Assembly (NCBI GenBank): GCA_002269645.1
Contig: NIVC01002528.1
Coordinates: 62,001-126,000 of the forward strand
Direction: 5' to 3'
DNA from: Macrostomum lignano
Taxonomy: Eukaryota
DNA length: 64,000 bases
Both the position numbers and the translations under genes were made by a program. The notes below the pieces were generated by a model that had not been told where the DNA came from, searched no databases, and saw only the letters and a list, made by a program, of their open reading frames with translations. The number at the start of each line of letters is the position of its first letter. Within the stretch, counting starts at the first letter, position 1. Positions 24,760 through 37,237 of this stretch are shown piece after piece.

Positions 24760-27700
24760 ATGCAAGGGGCTCAGCTGAGTGCGGTCTCGGCAACAACTAG
24801 CGATGGTTCCGCGGTGTCCATCGAGACAGCGTCTAGCAAGTGCTACTATCTGCAGACTCGGCAGCAGCATGGTGAGCGACTCTTTATAAGTGCCTTCATC
24901 TGTTTAAGACTCGCAGTCTGCACAAATTCTTAATGAATTTAAGTAGATTTTGAGTATCTATGAGAATCTCCAACCCACTAAGACTCTTACCTGTGAGAAT
25001 ATCACCTATTGAGACTCTTACCTGTTAGAATCTCACACCGACTGAGACTCTTGGCTATGAGAATCTCACATCCATGGAGACTCTTACCCTAAAAGAATCT
25101 CACACCCATAGGGACTCTTACCCTAATGAGAATCTCACAGCCATTGAGACTCTCTCATATGAGAATCTCACATCTATTGAGACTCTCCTATGAGAATCTC
25201 ACAATTGAGATTCTTACCAATGAGAACCTCACACTCATTGAGACTCTTACCCCATGAGAATCTCACAGGCCATTGAGACTCTCTCATATGAGAATCTCAC
25301 ATCTATTGAGACTCTCCTATGAGAATCTCACAATTGAGACTCTCCTATGAGAACCTCACAATTGAGACTCTTACCAATGGGAATCTCACACCCATTGAGA
25401 CTCTTACCAATGGGAATCTCACACCCATTGAGACTCTTACCCATGATAACCTTGCCATACAAGAATCTTAAATAGCACATAAACTAAAGCATCACTTAAA
25501 ATTGATTTCTAACCACCTTCAGGCTACGTGCAATCACCTGCAGCTGCAGAAGACGCTGGGCACCACATCTACTGGAACGACACACCGCCACCGCCACCGC
25601 CGCCACCTCTGCTACAGCATCATCAGCATCATCAGCAGCAGCACCAGCTTCAAGCTCCATCGTTGCAGCTGCCGCTGCCTCCTGTCACACCGTCAGCCTC
25701 AACAGGTTCGGCGGTTGCTGCTCACCTGGACAGCAGCGGAGTCGGCGGGGGCAGCAGCTGCGGCCGAAGCTCAGACAGCAGTTTTGGTAGTCAGCATTTT
25801 TGCGACCAGCAGATCCTGGTTCCGCTGCCGCCGGTGCCGCAGCAGCAACAACATCTGGCAGAGCACAAAAACTCAAAGCAGGGTTTCGAACTCGTGGACT
25901 CGATGCACACTGCCGTTGCAGCTCTGCAGGATGACGAGCTGATAGATGAGGCTGAGGATGGGGGCGCACTGCTGTTGGATGAGAAAGACAAAAAATCTGG
26001 TGAGTTGTTGAGACGGTTTAATAGGCTTTGATAGATTGGTGTCTGTAGATGTGGATTGATGTCTGGCTGTAGATGTGGATTGATGTCTTTAGATGTAGAT
26101 TGATGTCTTTAGATGTGGATTAATGTCTGTAGATGTGGATTGATGTCTGTAGATGTGAATTGATGTCTGTAGATGTAGATTGATGTCTGTAGATGTAGAT
26201 TTTTTGTCTGTAGATGTGAATTGATTAACTGATTTCTTAATTGATATCCATAGAGCAGGTAAAGCAGCTGTGGAAATAATTTCAAACTTCTTATCTTGGC
26301 AATAGAAATATTTGTTAAACATTATTCTCATTGGCTAGCCAAAGTCTATAGAGTGCGGAGGACGCTGAGGAGCAGAATTGGCGTCAGCTGTAGTTGTGTT
26401 AAGCTAACATCCTATACGGCATCCATTCAATGAAACTGCGTGTCGTGAAAATCATGTCGAGAATCGATTTGTATACGCTATGCACGATTCCAACGGCATC
26501 TCATTCAGATATATTGACAAGGCAAGGCCAAGGTTCAGTCGACCACTTCCTGCTGAATGAACTCTCATGAATAATTTATTTATAGGGTTGGGAGGCCAAC
26601 TCGGGGGACTATCGAGGGCCCCATGCGGCCCAACAGTTCAGGCTGGTCCAGTGCAATGCAATGAAACTTGAGACTCTTGGGAACCTCGGCTTGTGGCTTG
26701 CGCTTGCGGCTATGCTGTGGCCCGGTGCGCTTTGTAGCCTGCGGCTGGTTGAGCAATGAAATATTTCTGACGGGGATCCGGCCTACGTTGAGGTCATTTA
26801 GATCTGGCGCCTTTCTGTGGGTGCCATTTTAGATCTGGCGCCTCTCTGTGGGTGCCATTTTAGATCTGGCGCCTCTCTGTGGGTGCCATTTTAGATCTGG
26901 CGCCTTTCTGTGGTGCCTTTTTCGATCTGGCGCCTTTCTGTGGTGCCATTTTAGATCTGGCGCCTTTCTGTGGGTGCCATTTTAGATCTGGCGCCTCTCT
27001 GTGGGTGCCATTTTAGATCTGGCGCCTCTCTGTGGGTGCCATTTTAGATCTGGCGCCTCTCTGTGGGTGCCATTTTAGATCTGGCGCCTTTCTGTGGTGC
27101 CTTTTTCGATCTGGCGCCTCTCTGTGGGTGCCATTTTAGATCTGGCGCCTCTTTGTGGGTGCCATTTTAGATCTGGCGCCTTTCTGTGGTGCCTTTTTCG
27201 ATCTGGCGCCTTTCTGTGGTGCCATTTTAGATCTGGCGCCTCCCTGTGGGTGCCATTTTAGATCTGGCGCCTCTCTGTGGGTGCCATTTTAGATCTGGCG
27301 CCTCTCTGTGGGTGCCATTTTAGATCTGGCGCCTCTCTGTGGGTTCCATTTTAGATCTGGCGCCTCCCTGTGGGTGCCATTTTAGATCTGGCGCCTTTCT
27401 GTGGTGCCTTTTTCGATCTGGCGTCTTTCTGTGGTGCCATTTTAGATCTGGCGCCTCCCTGTGGGTGCCATTTTAGATCTGGCGCCTCTCTGTGGGTGCC
27501 ATTTTAGATCTGGCGCCTCTCTGTGGGTGCCATTTTAGATCTGGCGCCTCTCTGTGGGTTCCATTTTAGATCTGGCGCCTCCCTGTGGGTGCCATTTTAG
27601 ATCTGGCGCCTTTCTGTGGTTGCCATTTTAGATCTGGCGCCTCTCTGTGGGTGCCATTTTAAATCTGGCGCCTCTCTGTGGGTGCCAATTTAAAATCTGG

Positions 27701-30700
27701 CGCCTTTCTGTGGTGCCATTTTAGATCTGGCGCCTCTCTGTGGGTGCCATTTTAGATCTGGCAAAAATTTTTCATCGAGTTTTTTCTGCGCTTTTTTGCA
27801 GGGATTTCACATTTTTCTTGCGTTCAGAGAGTCAGGATCATCACTGGATCAGAGGTCCCCGGTAGGCAATTTCGGGGATTTTTAGGATTCTACCTGTCGG
27901 ATGATCCGTATATTCTGCATGGAATGGGACTGCTATTAGATAAAGTCGCCAGCTGCCCCTCCCCTTTCTGGAGGAGCATTGCGTTGCGCTGCATCATTTA
28001 GCTCGCATGCACAAAGCTCTGATGGAGGGATTATTTTATCTGGTCCCGTCTGTTTATACCTCGGTCCTATACCTGCCCGCGCGACCTGTCTTCCCGCGTT
28101 TTAACTCGACCGCTCCGTGTGTGGGGGGAACGTGGTGGGTCCTGCAACTCTATACAGAGGCCGCCCTCCCAAGGCTGGACTGGCTCCTCCATTGAAGTCA
28201 TCCACCTGTGCAGGGGTTCGATTCCAACATTTTTTCCCGACAGTACTGGCGACCGCCGTACCCCCCCGCCCGCAAAACAAAACGGACGGGAAGCCATTTA
28301 TGCAAAAGATAAAAAAGAGGAAAATTTCAAGCATTTCACCGTCAAACTGAACTTGGGGGGGGGGGTTCTAAAATATGTAGATAATTGCAGCCAGATAAGA
28401 ACTGGGGGGACCTCTGAAGCTGGGGACGTCTGGAAAATGGATCTTGGACTGGAGGCAATTTAGTTTCAACTCAGCATTCAGCAGCACTCAGCAACTCAGA
28501 ATAAAACTCAGCATTATAGCGGGGCAGAAGACCGCCTTTTTTATTAGCTTTTAATAGTTGCTTGTAGGAGTAATGATTTTTCGAGTGGGTTTCCAATCCA
28601 AGTTACTCATTATACAGAATATCCCGCAGTGGTCCATGGAGCTTAGTCAGAAATGCTGATAGTGGCAAAAGACATCTGCTGCTTTGACTCCCATCTAATA
28701 GGCCGGGGGGGAGGGGCGGAGTGTGGCGGGAACAGAGAACCGAAATTTGATGGTTAAAACCTGGAAGAAATAAAATAAAATAGAAGAAATAGAAGAAAAA
28801 ATAATAGAAGAAATAAAATACGCTGGTATTTTGTAGTTTCTTATGTAAAGCTTGTGTGATTTCGAGTTTGTGAATATTCGAGTTTGTGAAGATTCGAGTT
28901 TGTCAATTTTCAAGGTTGTGGAGATTCGCCGGTTTTATGTTTGCATTTAACTATGTATTTTTCATGTTTAGCTGTGAAACTTAATGCCTACAGTAAGTCA
29001 GTGGCTTTGTATTGCTAGATGGTTTTAAGGTGATAAAGAATAGCTTTGGTAATACATTTATGCATATTAGCCTTGGCATCGTGTGAGTGAGGGTTTCCGT
29101 AGCAACAAATCGAAGCGACTTTGAGGCTTTGGTCTAAGATTACATGCGGCTGATTAATGAATTGGCGATTAAAAATATCAGATGAGAAGATTAGCAAGAT
29201 GGAAGGATTAGGGAGTTAAGGGAGTCGAAAAGCAAAGAGAGGGAGATGAAGGGGTGAGACAGATGAAGGGGTGAGACAGAGACAGATGAAGGGTGAGACA
29301 GAGACAGATGAAGGGTGAGACAGAGACAGATGAAGGGGTGAGACAGAGACAGATGAAGGGAGAGACAGAGACAGATGAAGGGTGAGACAGAGACAGATGA
29401 AGGGTGAGACAGAGACAGATGAAGGGTGAGACAGAGACAGATAAAGGGGAGAGACAGAGACAGATAAAGGGGAGAGACAGAGACAGATGAAGGGGAGAGA
29501 CAGAGACAGATGAAGGGTGAGACAGAGACAGATGAAGGGTGAGACAGAGACAGATAAAGGGGAGAGACAGAGACAGATGAAGGGGAGAGACAGAGACAGA
29601 TGAAGGGGTGAGACAGAGACAGATAAAGGGGAGAGACAGAGACAGATGAAGGGTGAGACAGAGACAGATGAAGGGGAGAGACAGAGACAGATGAAGGGTG
29701 AGACAGAGACAGATGAAGGGTGAGACAGAGACAGATGAAAGGTGAGACAGAGACAGATGAAGGGTGAGACAGAGACAGATGAAGGGGTGAGACAGAGACA
29801 GATGAAGGGTGAGACAGAGACAGATGAAGGGTGAGACAGAGACAGATGAAGGGTGAGACAGAGACAGATGAAGGGTGAGACAGAGACAGATGAAGGGGAG
29901 AGGCAGAGGACTTCTCTAAGGAAAATAAATAGGAGATCTATATTAAAAATAATTCCTTCAATTGGTTTCCACTCCAACAAAAAACTCCAGTCGCAGGCAT
30001 TCGCCGATCGGAGAAGCCGCCGTACTCCTACATCGCGTTGATCGTGATGGCTATTCAAGCTTCGCCAATGAAACGGTGCACCCTAGCCGAGATCTATCAG
30101 TACCTGCAGGATAATTTCGTTTTCTTTTGCGGCCAATACCAGGGTTGGAAGAACTCTGTCAGACACAATCTGTCCTTGAATGAGTGCTTCATCAAACTGC
30201 CTAAAGGTGAGTAGCACACATTTTTGATGTGATTTTATGAACTTATTGATATTGATGATGTAGATCACTGAGACTGATCCGGGAGTGACTCTCAGGGGCT
30301 GATCATGGAGTGACTCTCAGGGGCTGATTATGGAGTGACTCTCAGGGGCTGATCATGGAGTGACTCTCAGGGGCTGATTATGGAGTGACTCAGTGGTTGA
30401 CCCCGGAGTGACTCTCAGGGGCTGATCATGGATCATGGAGTGACTCTCAGTGGTTGATCCCGGAGTGACTCTTAGTGGTTGACCCCGGAGTGACTCTCCG
30501 GGGCTGATCATGGAGTGACTCTCAGGGACTGATCATGGAGTTCTCAGAGGCCGAGCATGGAGTGACTCTCAGGATGAGCCGAGCTGGAGTGACTCTCAGG
30601 ATGAGCCGAGCTGGAGTGACTCTCAGGATGGGGAGCTTGAGTGACTCTCAGGATGGGGAGCTGGAGTGACTCTCAGGATGGGGAGCTTGAGTGACAGTCA

Positions 30701-31729
30701 GGATGGGGAGCATGGAGTGATTCTCAGGATGGGGAGCTTGAGTGACTGTCAGGATGGGGAGCTTGAGTGACTGTCAGGATGGGGAGCTTGAGTGACTGTC
30801 AGTATGGGCCGAGCTGGAGTGATTCTCAGGATGAGGAACTGGAGTGACTCTCATAGTGAAGATCAGATCTCGAGTGATAAATCAAGAATTCGATGAAGTT
30901 TTCCAGCTTCAAAACTCAGACAGAATACCTTCACCGCTAATTATAGCTTTCAAACTCTTGGATGAACATTTCAAATACTGTAAGAAATTTGTGGGTACCA
31001 ATTAGCTTAGGGTGACTCTGTAAAAAGTTTTAGCCTAAGAGTGAGGATGCCAGAGACAGGGCGGGAAGACACCCGAGGTTGGATACGGGACATCTGGTCC
31101 TTAGTAACGCCCCCCCCCCAGCCCCGAAGCCACAGCCACAACCACAGCTGTTTATTATCCTGGTTCCGACAAAAGAAAAGACTGCTGGAAGTTCTGCTTC
31201 CCAAGAACAGATTTGTATTGGCCTTATTACATTGATTAGCTGTTAAAATAAACAGATTCTGGCGGGAGGGACTTCGGTGTCTAAACGCGTTTTTCCTCAA
31301 ACCGCAACTTCTACCCAGAATCTCTTCCGATGGTTTTGAAGTGGGCTACCTGATTTACTTAAAATGCCAAAAACAAAAATCTCCCGCCGAAAGGGTGGTA
31401 GGTTTCGTTTAGAATCGGGATGGATGGTTCGATACAACTTGAAGAGGTTTTTCAATTCCTCCATTCTATACAGACTGTAGCGGTTCAGTGCTTGCTTTAG
31501 ATTGTAAACAGTTTCCTCTTGTCTAGGAGAATAAGGCCTATAGTGGAGTCTGAACTGTATTGAAATCTGAGTGAATGAATGCTTTCGCCGCCTCCTCCAG
31601 GCATCGGTCGTCCTGGAAAAGGTCACTACTGGACAGTCGACCAGCAGGCGGAGTTCATGTTCGAGGACGGCAGCTACCGACGCAGGCCGCGTGGATTTCG
31701 ACGTAATAAGCCTGGAGCTGCACCTCAAG

Positions 31730-31777
<48 letters not shown>

Positions 31778-32319
31778 TGTTGCAAACTCAATACCAACCT
31801 CAGCAGCAGCACCATCAGCAATACCTGACTTACCCGCCCGTACTGGGACCCTCTGGCGAGTTCAACACTACGGAGCTTCATCATCAAGCTCATCAGCATC
31901 ACCAGGCAGCTCTGACACCAACAGAACCTGGCATGAGTCATCAGCTGGACTGTCACGGCTGCGGCTTGGCCGTAGTGCAACAGTCTTCGTCCTCAGCCAG
32001 CTGGTGCAGTCAGTACCCGGAGCAGCCAGCTGGTGCCGCGGCTGCCGCCGCTGCTGCCGCCGCTGCCAGCAGCTGCTACTTCGGCGTGCACCACCACCAT
32101 CACTACGGATCGGCTGCCGCAGCCGCTGCCGCCGCAGCTGCCGCCGCTGCCAGCACCGGAGCTGCGAGCTACCCCTGGCCTGGAGGCTTCCACCATCACC
32201 AACAGCAACATCAGCTGCAGCATCAGCAGCAACAGCATCACAATTTCCAGGCCTATCATCATCACTCAGAGGCTCTCGTGCCGCCACCGCCACAGCCGCA
32301 TCAAGGCGGCTGCTATTGA
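24760..32319 (+). CDS. FoxF: Forkhead box F transcription factor, 4 exons: 24760-24871, 25523-25999, 29991-30206 (alternative acceptor 29997), 31601-32319; 507 aa
   Basis: The forkhead domain [70 protein letters not shown]|[35 protein letters not shown] is diagnostic of the FoxF class. All three introns are GT-AG in phase 1; the joined length is 1524 nt with no stop. Exon 1 (ATG 24760) is the least certain. Confidence 0.92.
24960..25460. repeat. Degenerate ~30-bp minisatellite (GAGAATCTCACA...ATTGAGACTCTTAC) in FoxF intron 1
   Basis: Directly visible. Confidence 0.85.
26035..26230. repeat. 20-bp minisatellite (TGTAGATGTGGATTGATGTC) in FoxF intron 2
   Basis: Directly visible. Confidence 0.88.
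26808..27762. repeat. 30/31-bp minisatellite (CCATTTTAGATCTGGCGCCTCTCTGTGGGTG) in FoxF intron 2
   Basis: Directly visible. Confidence 0.95.
29240..29905. repeat. 22/23-bp minisatellite (GATGAAGGGTGAGACAGAGACA) in FoxF intron 2
   Basis: Directly visible. Confidence 0.95.
30270..30860. repeat. ~25-bp minisatellite with core GAGTGACTCTCAG and a drifting flank (GGGCTGATCATG changing to GATGGGGAGCTT) in FoxF intron 3
   Basis: Directly visible. Confidence 0.9.
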
Positions 32320-32999
32320 CAACAGAGTGGATAATAAAACCTTGAATTCTGGAGCAATCAGTGCTCGTGTGTCTGGTTTTGTTCGTTAAATTTTATCTTG
32401 AATTCAAATTGGCGCCAAATGGGATACAGTTAAACAATCGTTAAACATCCAAAAAACTTCATTGGGAGTTTCACTTCTTAATAATTAATTTTGGAGTGTT
32501 TAAACGATTATTTATCAGTCTCCCTTTTGAAGTGAATTGAAATTGGATTTAAACAAACAATTTCACCAGACAATATGAAAAACATTCGTTCAGTTTGTTA
32601 TTGCAATCATTTTTGTTTTGAAATTAATTGTTTTGTAAATATAATGCCTTATATTTATGCACTTATTTGTACATTATCTATGCCGCTTTGTCATAGTATA
32701 GAAACGCAAAAAATCATGAAATAAAAACAATCGAACCGTCTTTGCCTTAATAAATTCATGTAATATTAACTATACTCTGTTTTGCAACCTCTCTTATTGA
32801 TATAATACGTTTTGCATCTCAGACAGCGGTACACAGAAGCTTAAATATTCAGTGCGATATGATGTGGCATAATTTACGAGTAAGTAGTAAATCTTGATTG
32901 GATTTGAGCTCTTTATTAAAACTGCTGGTTGTTGGTTGTGCTGCGGAGGGCCACGAAACAGCATTCGAAAATGCTCGTCGGTCAGGTTGAATTTAGCCT

Positions 33000-35210
33000 C
33001 TGGAGCTTGCGCCTCTGGTGCTGGCGCCTCTGGTGCTGGCGCCTCTGGTGCTGGCGCCTCTGGTGCTGGCGCCTCTGGTGCTAAAGCCTCTGGTGCTGGC
33101 GCCTCTGGTGCTGGCGCCTCTGGTGCTGGCGCCTCTGGTGCTGGCGCCTCTGGTGCTGGCGCCTCTGGTGCTGGCGCCTCTGGTGCTGGCGCCTCTGGTG
33201 CTGGCGCCTCTGGTGCTGGCGCCTCTGGTGCTGGCGCCTCTGGTGCTGGCGCCTCTGGTGCTGGCGCCTCTGGTGCTGGCGCCTCTGGTGCTGGCGCCTC
33301 TGGTGCTGGCGCCTCTGGTGCTGGCGCCTCTGGTGCTGGCGCCTGTGGTGCTGGCGCCTCTGGTGCTGGCGCCTCTGGTGCTGGCGCCTCTGGTGCTGGC
33401 GCCTCTGGTGCTGGCGCCTGTGGTGCTGGCGCCTCTGGTGCTGGCGCCTCTGGTGCTAAAGCCTCTGGTGCTAAAGCCTCTGGTGCTAAAGCCTCTGGTG
33501 CTGGCGCCTCTGGTGCTGGCGCCTCTGGTGCTGGCGCCTCTGGTGCTGGCGCCTCTGGTGCTGGCGCCTCTGGTGCTGGCGCCTCTGGTGCTGGCGCCTC
33601 TGGTGCTGGCGCCTCTGGTGCTGGCGCCTCTGGTGCTGGCGCCTCTGGTGCTGGCGCCTCTGGTGCTGGCGCCTCTGGTGCTGGCGCCTCTGGTGCTGGC
33701 GCCTCTGGTGCTGGCGCCTCTGGTGCTGGCGCCTCTGGTGCTGGCGCCTCTGGTGCTGGCGCCTCTGGTGCTGGCGCCTCTGGTGCTGGCGCCTGTGGTG
33801 CTGGCGCCTCTGGTGCTAAAGCCTCTGGTGCTAAAGCCTCTGGTGCTGGCGCCTCTGGTGCTGGCGCCTGTGGTGCTGGCGCCTCTGGTGCTGGCGCCTC
33901 TGGTGCTGGCGCCTCTGGTGCTGGCGCCTCTGGTGCTGGCGCCTCTGGTGCTGGCGCCTCTGGTGCTGGCGCCTCTGGTGCTGGCGCCTCTGGTGCTGGC
34001 GCCTCTGGTGCTGGCGCCTCTGGTGCTGGCGCCTCTGGTGCTGGCGCCTCTGGTGCTGGCGCCTCTGGTGCTGGCGCCTCTGGTGCTGGCGCCTCTGGTG
34101 CTGGCGCCTCTGGTGCTGGCGCCTCTGGTGCTGGCGCCTGTGGTGCTGGCGCCTCTGGTGCTAAAGCCTCTGGTGCTAAAGCCTCTGGTGCTGGCGCCTC
34201 TGGTGCTGGCGCCTGTGGTGCTGGCGCCTCTGGTGCTAAAGCCTCTGGTGCTAAAGCCTCTGGTGCTAAAGCCTCTGGTGCTAAAGCCTCTGGTGCTAAA
34301 GCCTCTGGTGCTGGCGCCTCTGGTGCTGGCGCCTCTGGTGCTGGCGCCTCTGGTGCTGGCGCCTCTGGTGCTGGCGCCTCTGGTGCTGGCGCCTCTGGTG
34401 CTGGCGCCTCTGGTGCTGGCGCCTCTGGTGCTGGCGCCTCTGGTGCTAAAGCCTCTGGTGCTGGCGCCTCTGGTGCTGGCGCCTCTGGTGCTGGCGCCTC
34501 TGGTGCTGGCGCCTCTGGTGCTGGCGCCTCTGGTGCTGGCGCCTCTGGTGCTGGCGCCTCTGGTGCTGGCGCCTCTGGTGCTGGCGCCTCTGGTGCTGGC
34601 GCCTCTGGTGCTGGCGCCTCTGGTGCTGGCGCCTCTGGTGCTGGCGCCTCTGGTGCTGGCGCCTCTGGTGCTGGCGCCTCTGGTGCTGGCGCCTCTGGTG
34701 CTGGCGCCTCTGGTGCTGGCGCCTCTGGTGCTGGCGCCTCTGGTGCTGGCGCCTCTGGTGCTGGCGCCTCTGGTGCTGGCGCCTCTGGTGCTGGCGCCTC
34801 TGGTGCTGGCGCCTCTGGTGCTGGCGCCTGTGGTGCTGGCGCCTCTGGTGCTAAAGCCTCTGGTGCTAAAGCCTCTGGTGCTGGCGCCTCTGGTGCTGGC
34901 GCCTGTGGTGCTGGCGCCTCTGGTGCTAAAGCCTCTGGTGCTAAAGCCTCTGGTGCTAAAGCCTCTGGTGCTAAAGCCTCTGGTGCTAAAGCCTCTGGTG
35001 CTGGCGCCTCTGGTGCTGGCGCCTCTGGTGCTGGCGCCTCTGGTGCTGGCGCCTCTGGTGCTGGCGCCTCTGGTGCTGGCGCCTCTGGTGCTGGCGCCTC
35101 TGGTGCTGGCGCCTCTGGTGCTGGCGCCTCTGGTGCTAAAGCCTCTGGTGCTGGCGCCTCTGGTGCTAAAGCCTCTGGTGCTAAAGCCTCTGGTGCTAAA
35201 GCCTCTGGTG
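33000..35210. repeat. 15-bp minisatellite (GCCTCTGGTGCTGGC; variants CTAAA and GCCTG), ~2.2 kb, downstream of FoxF
   Basis: Directly visible near-perfect array; the diagnostic variants recur at a 690-bp offset (34140/34830, 34215/34905). Confidence 0.97.
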
Positions 35211-37237
35211 ATGAAAGCAAATAATACAATATAAAAACATAAAAATTCCTAATGATTATCCCAAATAGATTTTTAACACATGTATTTTCCTTTCACCCCT
35301 TGATTGAAGCTTCCACACAATGCCATTTCAAGGCAACTTCATTCTACTCCAATTTCAGGACAAATAAAATGGCCATAACACCAATTTGAAGCGGTAAGCA
35401 GTTTTAAGAACCCAAATCCAGTTTAACAGACAGGCCCACCCATACTGTAATTTCGGCATTTAAGCGGTTTTGGTTGGTTATAAAGGCTTTAAGGATTACG
35501 GCGTTCTGTGCGCGATTAAACTTTTGTTGGTGTTTATGTCACAGCACTGAAGCGTAAATTCTTTAAGTGTATATAGGCTGCGGCTTTGCTGACTGTGCAG
35601 TCTACCTTGGCATCTTATATTGTATTTAACTAGTCCGACCAGAGACAAGCTCAAGGTAAATTGCGCGCGTCCTTTATATCATATAACTGGTTGGGGTGAA
35701 GCTGTTGAAGTTGTCTAACGGCGCAAGACCCAGATATTTGACGCTAATTTCTGCTTGCTTGCTTTTATAGATAGTCCTCCATTCGGGTCGTTGAAGCGCT
35801 TTTGAAAGTGGAGCGCGCTGTTGCTATTAAATAAACTGTTACGCAGGTAAACGGCTGCAGCCTGTTGTTGTGAAACAATTTGAAAATTTTCTCTACTTGA
35901 CGCATGCACAGGTCCCACCTCTCTATATTAGCTGTGAAATCTGGCAACTAATATTCCCTCTTTAATGGTTAAAAACCCTCATTTTGCTACTATTAGTAGG
36001 ACAGTATAGTAGGAGATTAGAAGACAATGGAAAGTCAGGCATGGAGATTCTGGATTAAAAAGGAAGTGACAAGAATCTGCGGAATGGAGAATCTCCCCTA
36101 TAGTGTTGAAATGTCAAATCTGAAAGTTAAGAAGGTTGGAACGAAAAAGAACTACTATTTTGCAAACAGAACAGAAGACTCCACTTCAGATGAAGTGAAT
36201 AAAGAATTCGAAGGAGCTTGCGGTGAATGGGAGAAAAGATGGTACGATTTAGTATTGTACGTATTTCATATATTTTTGCTTTGAACGGCATCACCCATAG
36301 ACCTTGGCCTTACGCTCTTCTCTCTGTGGCCTGAATGCCCTCAAAATCCGTAGACCATATAGGCAACTATCCCCATCAAATCGAGATAAAGTCAATCTAA
36401 ATGAGTCAGAATTCATGGATTAGCTGATCCATTACTTTTTTTCTTTCTCAACTTCTTTTTTTTCAAGCAGATTTTGTTAACATGGTTGTTCCAATTGGTC
36501 ATCACTACTTTATACATAAAAGTCATCACTACGAGTACATTGTAATAATATAGACGAAATACTTACGACTAAAATTAGCACCATTAATTGATAGCAAATA
36601 TACATGTAGACACCTGTAGATTGCTTGAATTGAAGATTAAAAACGCATAATGATATTTGTACAACCATTCAATAAAAACAAATATTTGGCATATTGTACA
36701 TTTAGAGTTGAACATTTAGTAAACACAAGCAATCAGCGACCACCATTGGGGAGCCAACAAAGAATGAAATACATTTTTTAATAAACTACGTACACGTAGC
36801 TTCTGACCTTAGCCTCAACATCTCAGCAATTCCCCCGTGAGCCTTGGTTACAGCCAACCTGCATTTTTCTCAAGAAAATTAAATTTGAGTTGCTACTTTT
36901 TAAGGGCCCCCTATAGGGGGCGTAAACTACTAGTCTAATATACTAACAATATAGCTGCACGCATGAGCTACATGTACTACACGTGAAAATTATATGTTCA
37001 GTGTAACAAACACCGAAACCGCCTACTAAAAGTAGCAAACAGTGAATTTCGTCGAACATAAAATAAATGAGCTTTCATTAGAAAATCATTAAATAAAACA
37101 CGAATGCATTCCGTGTTGAGTTGAAGCAAAATTAAAATCGACCAATTCAAAATTAACAATTCCTTAAAAAACGCATTCAAAAACAAATCAGAAACTAACA
37201 AAAGTCCTCATCAGAAAATATTGAGCTTTTCGTTAAC

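Noticed and set aside
24869-24871. FoxF start as ATG|gtgagc (a one-codon first exon)
   Set aside because: It would be phase 0, whereas exon 2 needs phase 1. The frame from ATG 24760 fits.
28195-28235. GGTTCGATTCC B-box-like motif (and GGTTCGAATC on the minus strand near 5725)
   Set aside because: No A-box at a suitable distance and no cloverleaf; not supportable as a tRNA or SINE.
32794-35234. 811-aa, 776-aa and 738-aa ORFs resembling silk, elastin or adhesive proteins
   Set aside because: They derive from a nucleotide-perfect 15-mer with no synonymous wobble. They are open on both strands, lack an ATG start or signal peptide, and the variants are not codon-constrained.
36027-36284. 85-aa ATG-started ORF
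   Set aside because: No recognisable motif, no convincing splice partners; it may be decayed TE sequence.
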